Assembly: GCA_009776445.1 (NCBI GenBank)
Contig: WRNV01000004.1
Span: 427 to 64,426 of the forward strand
DNA: 64,000 nt
Origin: Oscillospiraceae bacterium
GTDB lineage: Bacteria > Bacillota > Clostridia > Oscillospirales > Oscillospiraceae
Direction: 5' to 3'
Below, one piece after another: positions 8,945-18,100 of the stretch. The notes under the pieces were generated by a model. The model worked only from the letters and a program-made list of their open reading frames with translations. It had not been told where the DNA came from and did not search any database. Positions within the stretch are counted from its first letter, which is position 1. Every line of letters starts with the position of its first letter. Made by a program: the position numbers and the translations under genes.

Positions 8945-9795
8945 TGGAGATTAACAAGCTATTTAGGGCTCGTAGGATGCTTGCATCAGTGCTTACGTGT
9001 TTACTTGTATTAACTCTATACCCTACTATTATGTCCGTTTACGCCGCTGGTGCGATGCTCACTTTGCAAGTCGATTCAGGGCTGTACGCTCCAGGTGAGA
9101 CTTTCACTGCCGACATTGTTATGAGCGATAATCCAGGCTTCGCAGGGATGGCACTAAAAATCAGCTACCCTAGAGGTATTGAGGCGACCCACATTCGCCC
9201 GATTGGCTCAAATCCTCAAGATATGGGGGAAATGATGGATTTGATAAGTGGGCTGACGTTACCCGATGGCTGGGTTTCCGGAAGCGGAGCTTTACCCGCG
9301 CCTATTCCCGATAAATTTTACTTGGTATGGGGGCGTTCATTCAATTATACAGCTTCCGCTACATTATTTGAAGTTACTTTTCAAGTGACACAAGATGCTA
9401 TTGTTGGCGCAAATGTGATAGATATTGCCTTTGAAGGCGCTCAAGGGCCGCGCGCTCCAGTTAATCTTGCGGAGCAGCCGCTTACTATTGGCTTGACTCC
9501 CGGAACGGTTACGATCCACAGGCCTAGTAGTTTTAAAATTTACGATTCAAACTTCCAGCCCGCGCCAAACAACATAACGCTGTCCGTAGGTAGTACCGCG
9601 CAATTTTACGCGACGTTAGACGGAGCATTGACTATAAGTGGTATCAAATGGGTTATCGCGGATTCGCGACTTGCTACTGTCAACACTTATGGGTTAGTCA
9701 GCGTCAATAAAAACAAATATACAGGGCAATTGGTATTGATGCTCTATAGCTCCGAGAATAAGTTACTGGACAGTATCACGTTGAGGATAGTTTAG
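8944..9795 (+). CDS. Secreted cohesin-like plus Big_2 protein
   Basis: The GTG start shares one nucleotide (8944) with the upstream stop codon, and AGGAGG lies 9 nt upstream. Signal peptide. Cohesin-like LQVDSGLYAPGETFTADIVMSDNPGFAGMALKISYP. C-terminal Big_2-like ITLSVGSTAQFYATL...ATVNTYGLVSV. Confidence 0.7.
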   Translation: MEINKLFRARRMLASVLTCLLVLTLYPTIMSVYAAGAMLTLQVDSGLYAPGETFTADIVMSDNPGFAGMALKISYPRGIEATHIRPIGSNPQDMGEMMDLISGLTLPDGWVSGSGALPAPIPDKFYLVWGRSFNYTASATLFEVTFQVTQDAIVGANVIDIAFEGAQGPRAPVNLAEQPLTIGLTPGTVTIHRPSSFKIYDSNFQPAPNNITLSVGSTAQFYATLDGALTISGIKWVIADSRLATVNTYGLVSVNKNKYTGQLVLMLYSSENKLLDSITLRIV

Positions 9796-9884
9796 CAGTA
9801 GTTTATCGACTGAGAAACATCTTTGGGATATGAGAAGGAGGAAGGTGGAACGATAGAGGCATAGAAATAGCTTTCAAAACGTAA

Positions 9885-9929
9885 GGGCGTGAACTGTAGA
9901 CCTGTAACTGTCACGCTCTTTTTGTTTTT
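9885..9929 (+). terminator. Putative intrinsic terminator of the cohesin operon
   Basis: GGGCGTGA...TCACGCTC stem followed by TTTTTGTTTTT. Confidence 0.5.
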
Positions 9930-9991
9930 CTAAATGTTAAGTTATCTGCCAAAAAGAACGAAAATATGTATATATAGTATGGAGGAACGAT

Positions 9992-11002
9992 ATGAAAACA
10001 AACATTAAAACAACATTACTATTGCTTGCGGCACTCGTGATTATCGGCTCGCTTCTTTGCGCGCTTGTCGGGTGCGCCCAAAACGAAGTAGTTGATATCC
10101 ACAACCCCGAAGACCTGGTTCCTCCCATATATGAAGGCGACATAGCGGATTTGGAGCAGGAAATGATCCCGTTATCGTCCTCGCCTCCTATGTTCACCAT
10201 ATCAATGCCAACAGCCCCGGGAACCAACACAAAGAAAAACAACAAAGCGGAAATCGACTATTCCAATACAAAAGATGGATATATCATGGTTAGGTTTCTG
10301 CAAAGCACCAGCAAACAATTGCGTGTGATTATCAAGGGACCAAGCGCGGTACAGTACACGTACACCTTGAAAACTAACGGGGACTACGAAGTATACCCAC
10401 TTTCTGACGGCAACGGGAGCTACATGGCTACTGTTTACGAGCAAATAGAAGGTACAAGGTACTCAACAGCAAACTCCGCTTCGTTCGACGTGACCCTAAA
10501 TGACGAATTCGCGCCGTTCATACGCCCAAACCAATACGTAAACTATAAACCCGACAGCAAAACAGTCGCGAAGGCTGCCGAACTCATAGGGAACGTCGAT
10601 GATTTACCCGGAAAGATTTCCGCGATTTACAATTTTGTCATTAAAAACTTGACATACGACAGAGAACTAGCCGCGACCGTCCAAAGCGGCTATCTGCCCG
10701 ACGTAGACGTCATCTTGGAAAAGGGCAAAGGCATATGTTTCGACTACGCGGCTGTTATGACGTCGATGCTACGCAGCCAGGGAATCCCAACAAAACTTGT
10801 GGTGGGATATGCCGGTCAAGCCTACCATGCGTGGATAAACGTATATTCCGACGAAACAGGCTGGATAAACAATGTTATATTTTTCGATGGCAAAACGTGG
10901 AAGCTTATGGATCCCACATTCGCGTCCACAGGTAAACAAAGCTCGACCGTAATGAACTACATAGGCGACGGTACTAACTATACATCGAAATTCCTCTATT
11001 GA
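9992..11002 (+). CDS. Transglutaminase-like (papain-fold) lipoprotein
   Basis: Lipobox LLCALVGC. Transglutaminase core GKGICFDYAAVMTSMLRSQGIPTKLVVGY...YHAWINVY...WKLMDPT (Cys-His-Asp). Confidence 0.8.
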   Translation: MKTNIKTTLLLLAALVIIGSLLCALVGCAQNEVVDIHNPEDLVPPIYEGDIADLEQEMIPLSSSPPMFTISMPTAPGTNTKKNNKAEIDYSNTKDGYIMVRFLQSTSKQLRVIIKGPSAVQYTYTLKTNGDYEVYPLSDGNGSYMATVYEQIEGTRYSTANSASFDVTLNDEFAPFIRPNQYVNYKPDSKTVAKAAELIGNVDDLPGKISAIYNFVIKNLTYDRELAATVQSGYLPDVDVILEKGKGICFDYAAVMTSMLRSQGIPTKLVVGYAGQAYHAWINVYSDETGWINNVIFFDGKTWKLMDPTFASTGKQSSTVMNYIGDGTNYTSKFLY

Positions 11003-11074
11003 CGCATAGCACAGTATCTATACTCGCGGTCGAAAGTATATCTTGCGGTATCTCTATTGAAATGAGGTCGCGCG

Positions 11075-12121
11075 ATGAAAAATAAAACATTGACTAGTTC
11101 ATATCTGTCCGCGCTATGTTCTGAACTCGCGATGCTGCTCGACGCCGGACTCACTGCTATTGATAGCGTTCAGATATTGCAAGACGACGAGCCGGGTAAA
11201 GAAGGCAAAGCGATCATGCAAATCCTGATTGACACGCTTGAAATGGGCGAGCCATTGTCCGCCGCGCTCAAAGGCTCAGGCCTTTTCCCCCGTTATATGG
11301 CGCATATGGTGGAAATCGGCGAAAAAACAGGTCGCTTAGTACAGACGCTGGGCGCTCTTTCCGAATACTACGAAAGGCAAGTCAGACTATCGTCTACCAT
11401 CAGGAGTTCCGTTCTGTACCCTGCGGTGCTGCTCGCACTGATGGTAGTTGTGGTATTGATCCTTATTGTACAGGTCTTGCCAATATTCAACGATGTGTTT
11501 AACCGGCTCGGCGCGCAGATGTCCCCCTTGGCCGACAGCTTAATGCGGTTCGGTGGGTGGCTTGGAAACGCCTCAGCGGTTATCGCGGTTATTTTCGGCG
11601 CGATATTTATATTGGCTATTATCGTTTGGGCTGTGCCAAGCATTCGCAAAAGTCTCACAAAAGGGTTTTCCGATAGGTGGGGCGATAGAGGCGTTTTTGG
11701 CAAAATAGCGTCGTCCCGATTCGTATTTGCCATGACGCTTGGGATGGCAAGCGGGCTGGACACGGCTGAAGCCATCGATATCGCGGCCGCTGTCAGCGGC
11801 GGTTCAAAAGCCATAGACAATAAGCACAAGCGGTGTTCGGGCTTGCTGAGCTCTGGCAGCACGCTTTCCGAAGCGTTGTGCGGCGCTGGCATACTCTCGC
11901 CACAAGATGGCAAGATGCTGTCTATCGGGAGCCGTAGCGGCAAGGCGGACGCCGCAATGGCTGAGATCGCGCGTAGAAGCGACCTTGATGTACAAGACAG
12001 AGTGGGCCGGCTCGTCGGTAAGATCGAGCCCACGCTTGTTATAATATCGTCAGCAATAGTTGGCGTTATCTTGCTTTCGGTCATGTTGCCTCTAATGGGT
12101 ATTATGACCGCTATAGGTTGA
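11075..12121 (+). CDS. Type II secretion / type IV pilus platform protein (GspF/PilC family)
   Basis: 348 aa. Duplicated GspF-type helical domains with three TM segments (LSSTIRSSVLYPAVLLALMVVVVLILIV..., C-terminal TLVIISSAIVGVILLSVMLPLMGIM). Confidence 0.85.
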   Translation: MKNKTLTSSYLSALCSELAMLLDAGLTAIDSVQILQDDEPGKEGKAIMQILIDTLEMGEPLSAALKGSGLFPRYMAHMVEIGEKTGRLVQTLGALSEYYERQVRLSSTIRSSVLYPAVLLALMVVVVLILIVQVLPIFNDVFNRLGAQMSPLADSLMRFGGWLGNASAVIAVIFGAIFILAIIVWAVPSIRKSLTKGFSDRWGDRGVFGKIASSRFVFAMTLGMASGLDTAEAIDIAAAVSGGSKAIDNKHKRCSGLLSSGSTLSEALCGAGILSPQDGKMLSIGSRSGKADAAMAEIARRSDLDVQDRVGRLVGKIEPTLVIISSAIVGVILLSVMLPLMGIMTAIG

Positions 12122-12180
12122 TTGATTTATTGGTTGATTGGTTGATTGGTTGATTGGTTGGTTGGATGGTTGATTGATTA
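12118..12180. repeat. 8-bp tandem repeat (TTGATTGG)n, about 8 units with 3 perfect
   Basis: ttgattga tttattgg ttgattgg ttgattgg ttgattgg ttggttgg atggttga ttgatta. Fills the whole gap between the GspF stop and the next start. Confidence 0.9.
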
Positions 12181-12182
12181 AT

Positions 12183-12512
12183 ATGCGAAAAAGGATATAC
12201 AAAGCAAACGCTTGGGATTTTCTTCGTGGCGCGATAGTCCCCATCCTCTTCACAGTCGCCGTGATGCTTATGATCGTCTATGGTTTGTCGCAGACGGAGC
12301 GGTCAAGCAGGGTTGAAGGCTTGCGGATACTTGAGGACAGCATACGCCGCGCCACAGTTATGTGCTACGCTGTCGAGGGGCGATATCCTGATACTATTAA
12401 ATACCTCGAAGAGAATTATGGGATACGTATAGATTGGTCTAAATATGCCGTACACTACAGCATTTTCGCCTCAAATCTCTTCCCTGACATAACGGTAATA
12501 GAGCTAGTATAG
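12183..12512 (+). CDS. Small membrane-anchored protein of the pilus-like operon
   Basis: Single N-terminal TM (GAIVPILFTVAVMLMIVYGL). The ATG at 12183 is preferred over the TTG at 12174. No clear SD. Confidence 0.5.
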   Translation: MRKRIYKANAWDFLRGAIVPILFTVAVMLMIVYGLSQTERSSRVEGLRILEDSIRRATVMCYAVEGRYPDTIKYLEENYGIRIDWSKYAVHYSIFASNLFPDITVIELV

Positions 12513-12549
12513 CTTAAGTTGTGGGTAGATACAACTTTGGGAGTTCCAT

Positions 12550-13065
12550 ATGGAATATAAAAACCGCCGACGTCGTATTGATACTATTTTCGTTATGATA
12601 ATATTCTGTGTATTCGCCGTATCTGTGCTTATGGTGTTGATGCTTGGCGCGAAGATTTATGAAAATGTAACTGCAATGTCGCGTGACGGATACGCTGACC
12701 ATTCGATACTTTCTTATATTTGGACTAAAATAAAAAACAGCGACGACGCTGGGCGTATCTATATCGGGGAATTCTCCGGATTGCCCGCTCTTTTTATTGA
12801 GGAGCAATATGGTCAGATACAGTATATTACAACTATTTATGAGTATAATGGCTGGATCTACGAGCTGTTTTGCGAAATTGGCCTTGACTTTCTCCCGGAG
12901 GACGGCGTACAGATAGCGGAGCATGGCAGCTTAACGTTTGATATGTATGAAAACGGGCTGATAAAGGTATCTTCCTACGCAAAAGACCTGCTAATATTCC
13001 CACGCGGCAACGTAACCGGCGCTAACGCTCGCGATGCTTCCATCGGAGGGGGGCCGTCAGGATGA
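12550..13065 (+). CDS. Membrane-anchored protein (DUF4860-like) of the pilus-like operon
   Basis: RBS GGGAG. N-terminal basic stretch plus TM (IDTIFVMIIFCVFAVSVLMVLML). The family assignment is from memory only. Confidence 0.5.
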   Translation: MEYKNRRRRIDTIFVMIIFCVFAVSVLMVLMLGAKIYENVTAMSRDGYADHSILSYIWTKIKNSDDAGRIYIGEFSGLPALFIEEQYGQIQYITTIYEYNGWIYELFCEIGLDFLPEDGVQIAEHGSLTFDMYENGLIKVSSYAKDLLIFPRGNVTGANARDASIGGGPSG

Positions 13066-13502
13066 ACCAGCGTTCGAGATCCACTCTATTTTTGATAGAA
13101 CAGTTGATCGTCGTCGCTGTGTTCGCGATTTGCGGGGCAGCTTGCGTCAGTATCCTAACTTCTGCATATCTTACGGCAAGGGACTCCAAGGACATAGTAA
13201 ACGCGATTTCGGTCGCCGAAAGTGGCGCAGAAAGTTACAAGGCGACTGGCGGCGATATGATCAAAGCAGTAGAAATGCTGGGCGGCGGCGCTATCAGCAA
13301 CTCAGACGGCGCATATGAAGCGATCATATACTATGACAGGCAGTGGCATATCTGCGCAATAGATGAAGCGTTCTATGCTTTCCGCATAATTCGCAATGGG
13401 CCTGAAAATCGGCCCACGTCTTTGATAACAGACAAAATCCTTGTCGAAAAGCTCACTGGCGAGACCTTAATAACCTTCAATGTCGCCGCTAACCCACCGT
13501 AA
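13062..13502 (+). CDS. Pseudopilin-like protein (non-canonical prepilin N-terminus)
   Basis: STLFLIEQLIVVAVFAICGAA resembles the class III signal (x-TL-IE plus hydrophobic helix) but lacks the Gly at -1. Overlaps the upstream gene by 4 nt. Confidence 0.55.
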   Translation: MNQRSRSTLFLIEQLIVVAVFAICGAACVSILTSAYLTARDSKDIVNAISVAESGAESYKATGGDMIKAVEMLGGGAISNSDGAYEAIIYYDRQWHICAIDEAFYAFRIIRNGPENRPTSLITDKILVEKLTGETLITFNVAANPP

Positions 13503-13543
13503 TTATACTCGCGGTCTGAACAGTAGCATAGGGGTGATCGTCT

Positions 13544-14020
13544 ATGAAAAATGGTGGGATTGGCGTCGGCAGCGCTTCGCTTGTTCTTGTTTTCGCGGTA
13601 CTGTGCCTGACGGTGTTTTCCCTCATCACGTTCGTGGTTGCCGGAAACGACAAAGCTCTGACTGACGCCGAAGCGAAACTGGTGGCCGGTTACTACGAAG
13701 CGGATGCCTTTGCCGAAAACATCGTCGCGGAAATCGTTGGAGACGACGATATACCTGACAGTGTCGGCGGCATTGACATAACGTATGAGCAGGATTTTTC
13801 GACAGGCGAAAAAATAGCGAGTTTTGTATGCCCAATCTCCAGCCGGAAGGAACTGTACGTTAGCGTAGCTCTAAGCGGGGAATCATACGACATACTCAGT
13901 TGGCGGATGTTTGATATTGGGCAGTGGGCCGTCGACGACAAGCTGAACGTGTGGCAAGGACCGGACGAATCCGAGACCGGAGACCCAACGGATGTTTTAT
14001 CAAAACTGAAAGTGGATTGA
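13544..14020 (+). CDS. Membrane-anchored protein of the pilus-like operon
   Basis: N-terminal TM GSASLVLVFAVLCLTVFSLITFVVAG. In operon context. Confidence 0.5.
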   Translation: MKNGGIGVGSASLVLVFAVLCLTVFSLITFVVAGNDKALTDAEAKLVAGYYEADAFAENIVAEIVGDDDIPDSVGGIDITYEQDFSTGEKIASFVCPISSRKELYVSVALSGESYDILSWRMFDIGQWAVDDKLNVWQGPDESETGDPTDVLSKLKVD

Positions 14021-14042
14021 GTTAATGAGAAAGGATAGGCAT

Positions 14043-15098
14043 ATGGTGCTTGATTGGCTAAAAAAGGCGGTATATGAAGGCGCTTCAGACATTTTCATTG
14101 GAGCGGGCCGCAGCGTCGCGTTTAAAAAGAATGGCATAATAAGTTCCCAAGACAGTGGGTTCATCTCCCCCGCCGAAGCGGAAGAACTGATAACTGAACT
14201 GTATACTTTGGGGAAAAGACCGACAAAAAGATATATAGAAAGCGGGGACGACGACTTCCCTGTTACCGTCCCCGGCCTCGCCCGCTTCAGGGTGAATACG
14301 TACAAACAGCGTAGCACGATGGCTGCTATTATACGGGTCGTTATGTTCAACATCCCTGATTATAAGGCGCTGCTCATCCCCGACGAAGTTATGGCAGTGG
14401 CAGGAGAGAATAACGGACTGGTGCTTGTTACAGGACCTGCCGGTGGCGGGAAATCGACGACTCTCGCTTGCGTCATCGACGCGATTAACAAATCCCGGAA
14501 TTGCCATATCATAACTTTGGAAGACCCCATCGAATTTCTTCACCGGGACAACCAGAGCCTTGTCAGCCAACGCGAGGTGTCCACTGACACCGAATCGTAC
14601 AAGGTCGCGCTACGAGCTTGCCTAAGGCAGGCGCCGGATATTATCCTGCTTGGTGAAATGCGCGACTATGATACGATAAGGACGGCGATAACAGCCGCTG
14701 AAACAGGACATCTCGTTATTTCGACGCTACACACAGTTGGCGCTTCGAATACAATTGACCGCGTCATCGACATATTCCCGTCGGAGCAGCAACAGCAGAT
14801 ACGCGTCCAGCTCTCTATGGTACTGCGCATGGTGGTTTCACAGCGACTACTGCCAAACATAAACGGCGAATCCATCCCAGCGTTTGAGATCATGCGGGTC
14901 AATAACGCGATCAGTAATATTATCCGTGAAGCAAAAACGCATCAGATCGACAGCGTTATCCAGACTTCGGCGCAAGACGGTATGATTGGTATGGACGCGT
15001 ACATACTTAGGCTGTACCGCAAGGGCGATATCACCGCTGAAACAGCCTTGAGAAACGCTTCAAACCCGGACTTAATGAGTCGGCAGCTTCGGAACTGA
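14043..15098 (+). CDS. PilT/ComGA-sized secretion ATPase (GspE/PilT superfamily)
   Basis: MVLDWLKKAVYEGASDIFI N-terminus. Walker A GPAGGGKSTT. LGEMRD Asp box. TGHLVISTLHT His box. An alternative ATG lies at 14025. Confidence 0.85.
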   Translation: MVLDWLKKAVYEGASDIFIGAGRSVAFKKNGIISSQDSGFISPAEAEELITELYTLGKRPTKRYIESGDDDFPVTVPGLARFRVNTYKQRSTMAAIIRVVMFNIPDYKALLIPDEVMAVAGENNGLVLVTGPAGGGKSTTLACVIDAINKSRNCHIITLEDPIEFLHRDNQSLVSQREVSTDTESYKVALRACLRQAPDIILLGEMRDYDTIRTAITAAETGHLVISTLHTVGASNTIDRVIDIFPSEQQQQIRVQLSMVLRMVVSQRLLPNINGESIPAFEIMRVNNAISNIIREAKTHQIDSVIQTSAQDGMIGMDAYILRLYRKGDITAETALRNASNPDLMSRQLRN

Positions 15099-15100
15099 CG

Positions 15101-15136
15101 AATGGCTAGCGGCTGTATATCAAGCCGCTAGCCATT
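15101..15136. terminator. Bidirectional hairpin between convergent genes
   Basis: AATGGCTAGCGGC - loop - GCCGCTAGCCATT, a perfect 13-bp stem. Confidence 0.6.
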
Positions 15137-15142
15137 GTGGCT

Positions 15143-18100
15143 TCATTCGCCGGCCCATACTTCGGAGCCGGCGCCATTTGGCCTTGAGTAATCGTGGGCG
15201 TGATATGCTTCCATTATGTCATAAAACGCCCAATGCGACGACGCGACGTCAGAAAAACGCTCCTGTTCCAGATGAGTGTCAATGTACACTTTGTCCGCCA
15301 AACGATCAAGCGCCCTGTTCATGATCGTTACGACTTCCGCGCGGCTGATCTGTTGATCAGGTTTGAAACTCCCGTCGTTGTACCCGATAATCCATCCGAA
15401 CCGGATCGCTACGTCGATGTGCTCAAACGCCCAGTGCTCCACGGATACGTCGTCGAACGAACCATCCGGCAAAGTATCCGGCGCGTATTTCGCGAAACGC
15501 GTCAGAACAGCGACAAATTCCGCGCGGCTGATGCTGTCTTCAGGATGGAAGCGCCCGTCTGGGTATCCTTCGACTATGCCTATTGAAGCTAGCGTGTGTA
15601 CCGCCCTTTCGTACCACGCGCCTACCAGAACGTCTGGAAACCGCTTCGATATCTCCACGTTTTGTTTGCTAAGCAGGTTGAAGAACATCTGCGCAACCTC
15701 CGCCCGTTTCATATCCCTATCCGGCGCAAAGATACCCCCGCCGACCCCGCGTATATATTGTATATGCTCATCGACTGTCAGCAAGTTTAATGCGCTGCTT
15801 GTTTCTCTGGTTTCTTTACCGTTGCCGACATCATTTTTTCCAGGATCATATATCCTGCCCTGGTTTTTGTTTTGGTCTTCCGGCGGTTCTATGGTCGACG
15901 TATCCGCTTTATAAACAGCAATAACTTGTTTGCTGGGGCTTACGAAGAACTCTCCAAACGGTTTTATTTCAACTTCAACCGTCCCCTCCGTCCCCACGCT
16001 GCTAAGGCCTAATGTCCAAGCGTTGCTGGCGGCTTCGTAGCCAGGGGATAGCGCGCTTTTCTCCGCCGTCCCTGTCATATCGCGGATCGTGACGTCATAA
16101 ACAGTCAAGCCCGATATCATCACCGGCGCGCTAGAGTCTTGCTCGACAAATGAGATCGCGATTCCCTCAGAGTCAGCCTTTCCGGGTATTCCTCCTGTCT
16201 GTTCGGCAGTAAAACTTATTGGCTTGAGCGCCTGGAGTTTGATAAATCGATCCTCGTCATAGTATTCGAACTGTATGTCTGATGTGCCGGTAGTGGCGTC
16301 GTCGCCATCATAACTGCCGCTGTACTCCCAGCGGTAGTATTCGTTTGCCGGGCCTTCGCCAGCGCCGCCGATCCAGCGTATCGCCGTTTGGCTACCTTGG
16401 GCTGTGATCGAGCCGCCGATTATTGACAAACGTCCCGAATTCCCGAGATCGACGCCAAATTCGCCTTTTGCTGCCAGCTCGCCACTGCCCTCAATTATGA
16501 TATTACTGTCTGATTTCAGCCCGTTTGTTCTGCCTTCGAAGACGCTGTTGCCATAGGATATGACCGTCGTGTCGCCTACAAGCGTCAGCGCCGTAGACGC
16601 GTTCGTAGTCCAAAAGAATTCATACAATGTCAGCTTTCCAGGTTCCCCGTCCCATAATGTCCCCTGCCAGTCGTTGGAGGGATCGAACGGAGCGTCTAGA
16701 TTAGTGCCAGACAGTGTTCCGCTTTCATCGATGTCATAATACAGTTTTCCTTCCGCCGCGTTAAAAACCAGACCGCAATCTCCGCGCACGTCGGCATTGA
16801 GAGCAGTAAATTCAGGTGTTAATATTACGTCACAATCCGGCATGTCAAACTCCGCCGGGTTTTCTTCATTGCCGCCCGAAATCACAACGCCACCCGCCAC
16901 GTTCCATTGATTGAATTCATAGCCGACGTTGGCAACAGCCGTCACGTTGATAGGCGTCCCCGCCAAATAATCGCCCGCAACCGTGCCGGACGTCCCGCCG
17001 CCTTCGCTGGAACCAATAATCAGTTTGTAGAGTATTGCTTTGTACACATTCACGGGTACGCTACTTGGTTGCAAAACGTAGAAGTCTCCAAAATGCCCTA
17101 TTTCGACATTGACCGTCCCCTCCGCGACCACGCCCTCAAGCGCTACCATCCATGTGTCGCCGTATCCCGTAAGCGCGCCAACGGGCGCGACCGTCACTGC
17201 TCCAGTGTCATCTGTTATATCAATATTGTCAATATATAAGCCGTCTACTGGTTGGTCGAAAACCAGCGCGATGCCCGCCGTATCGACCATACCTGGGACG
17301 CCGCCTTTTTCAACCGCACTAAAACTGATTGGTTTTAGCGCCTGGAACATTATAAACTGATCCTTGACAAAGTACTTAAATGGATCCTCCGGGCTGTACC
17401 CCGAGTCCGAATCGCCGCCGTCATAGCCGCCGCCGCCGTCGTAATCAATGCTCCACGACCATCTGTAGTACTGGGACGTCGTACCCGGACCGACTGAATC
17501 GTCAGGCCCTTCGAAGTTGACTGCCTTGCCTCCCTGGGCAATAAACGCGCCGCCGTTGATCGTGAGATCCATTATACCAATATCGATTCCATAGCAGTAT
17601 GTTCCCGAACCAGTATCGTTCCTCCCTTTGGCTGTCAGCGTCCCTGAACCGTTGACGGTCAGATTGTAGCTGTTTGACCTGATCCCGCATGAATAGCCTG
17701 ACTTGGATGTTGATTCAAACGTGCTGTCCCCGTCAAGAATGATCTCTACATCCGCTCCTACGACTGTCAGAGAGGTTCGTGCGGACGTTATCCATGAAAA
17801 TCCTCTGAGCGTAAGCTTTCCAGGTTCCCCCGACCAGTATCCGTCAAATATCCCAACGGCATATGGCTCCGCCAGATTGATGTCGGAAAGTCCGCCCGTT
17901 TGATCGACGTCAATATACATCATGCCGCTGGATGCGTCGAAAATAAGCCCATATTCATTAGTAACCGTTACTGGAGTCAGCAGGAAAAAACCGGCCGTCA
18001 CGCCACTGATGTATTGGATCCCGCTACCCAGCATTGGGTCGAAATACCAGTACAGCGTGTTGCTACCGATCGAGTAATTCAAGTCATGCGTATTTGGAGT

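Noticed and set aside
1910-9795. Interpretation as a classical cellulosome locus
   Set aside because: No glycoside hydrolase, CBM or other carbohydrate-active catalytic motif was seen in any cohesin or dockerin protein of the window.
11368-12084. Long antisense or overlapping ORFs inside real genes (for example 11368-12084, 7924-8487, 20559-21068, 33065-33802, 42449-43573, 61284-61973, 63063-63599)
   Set aside because: They are nested opposite to or out of frame with genes that carry clear family motifs. They lack RBSs and have low-complexity Ser/Pro/Arg-rich translations typical of shadow frames.
12118-12180. Short tandem repeats (here and at 23017-23050) as a CRISPR array
   Set aside because: The units are 8 bp and contiguous with no spacers, and no cas genes are in the window.
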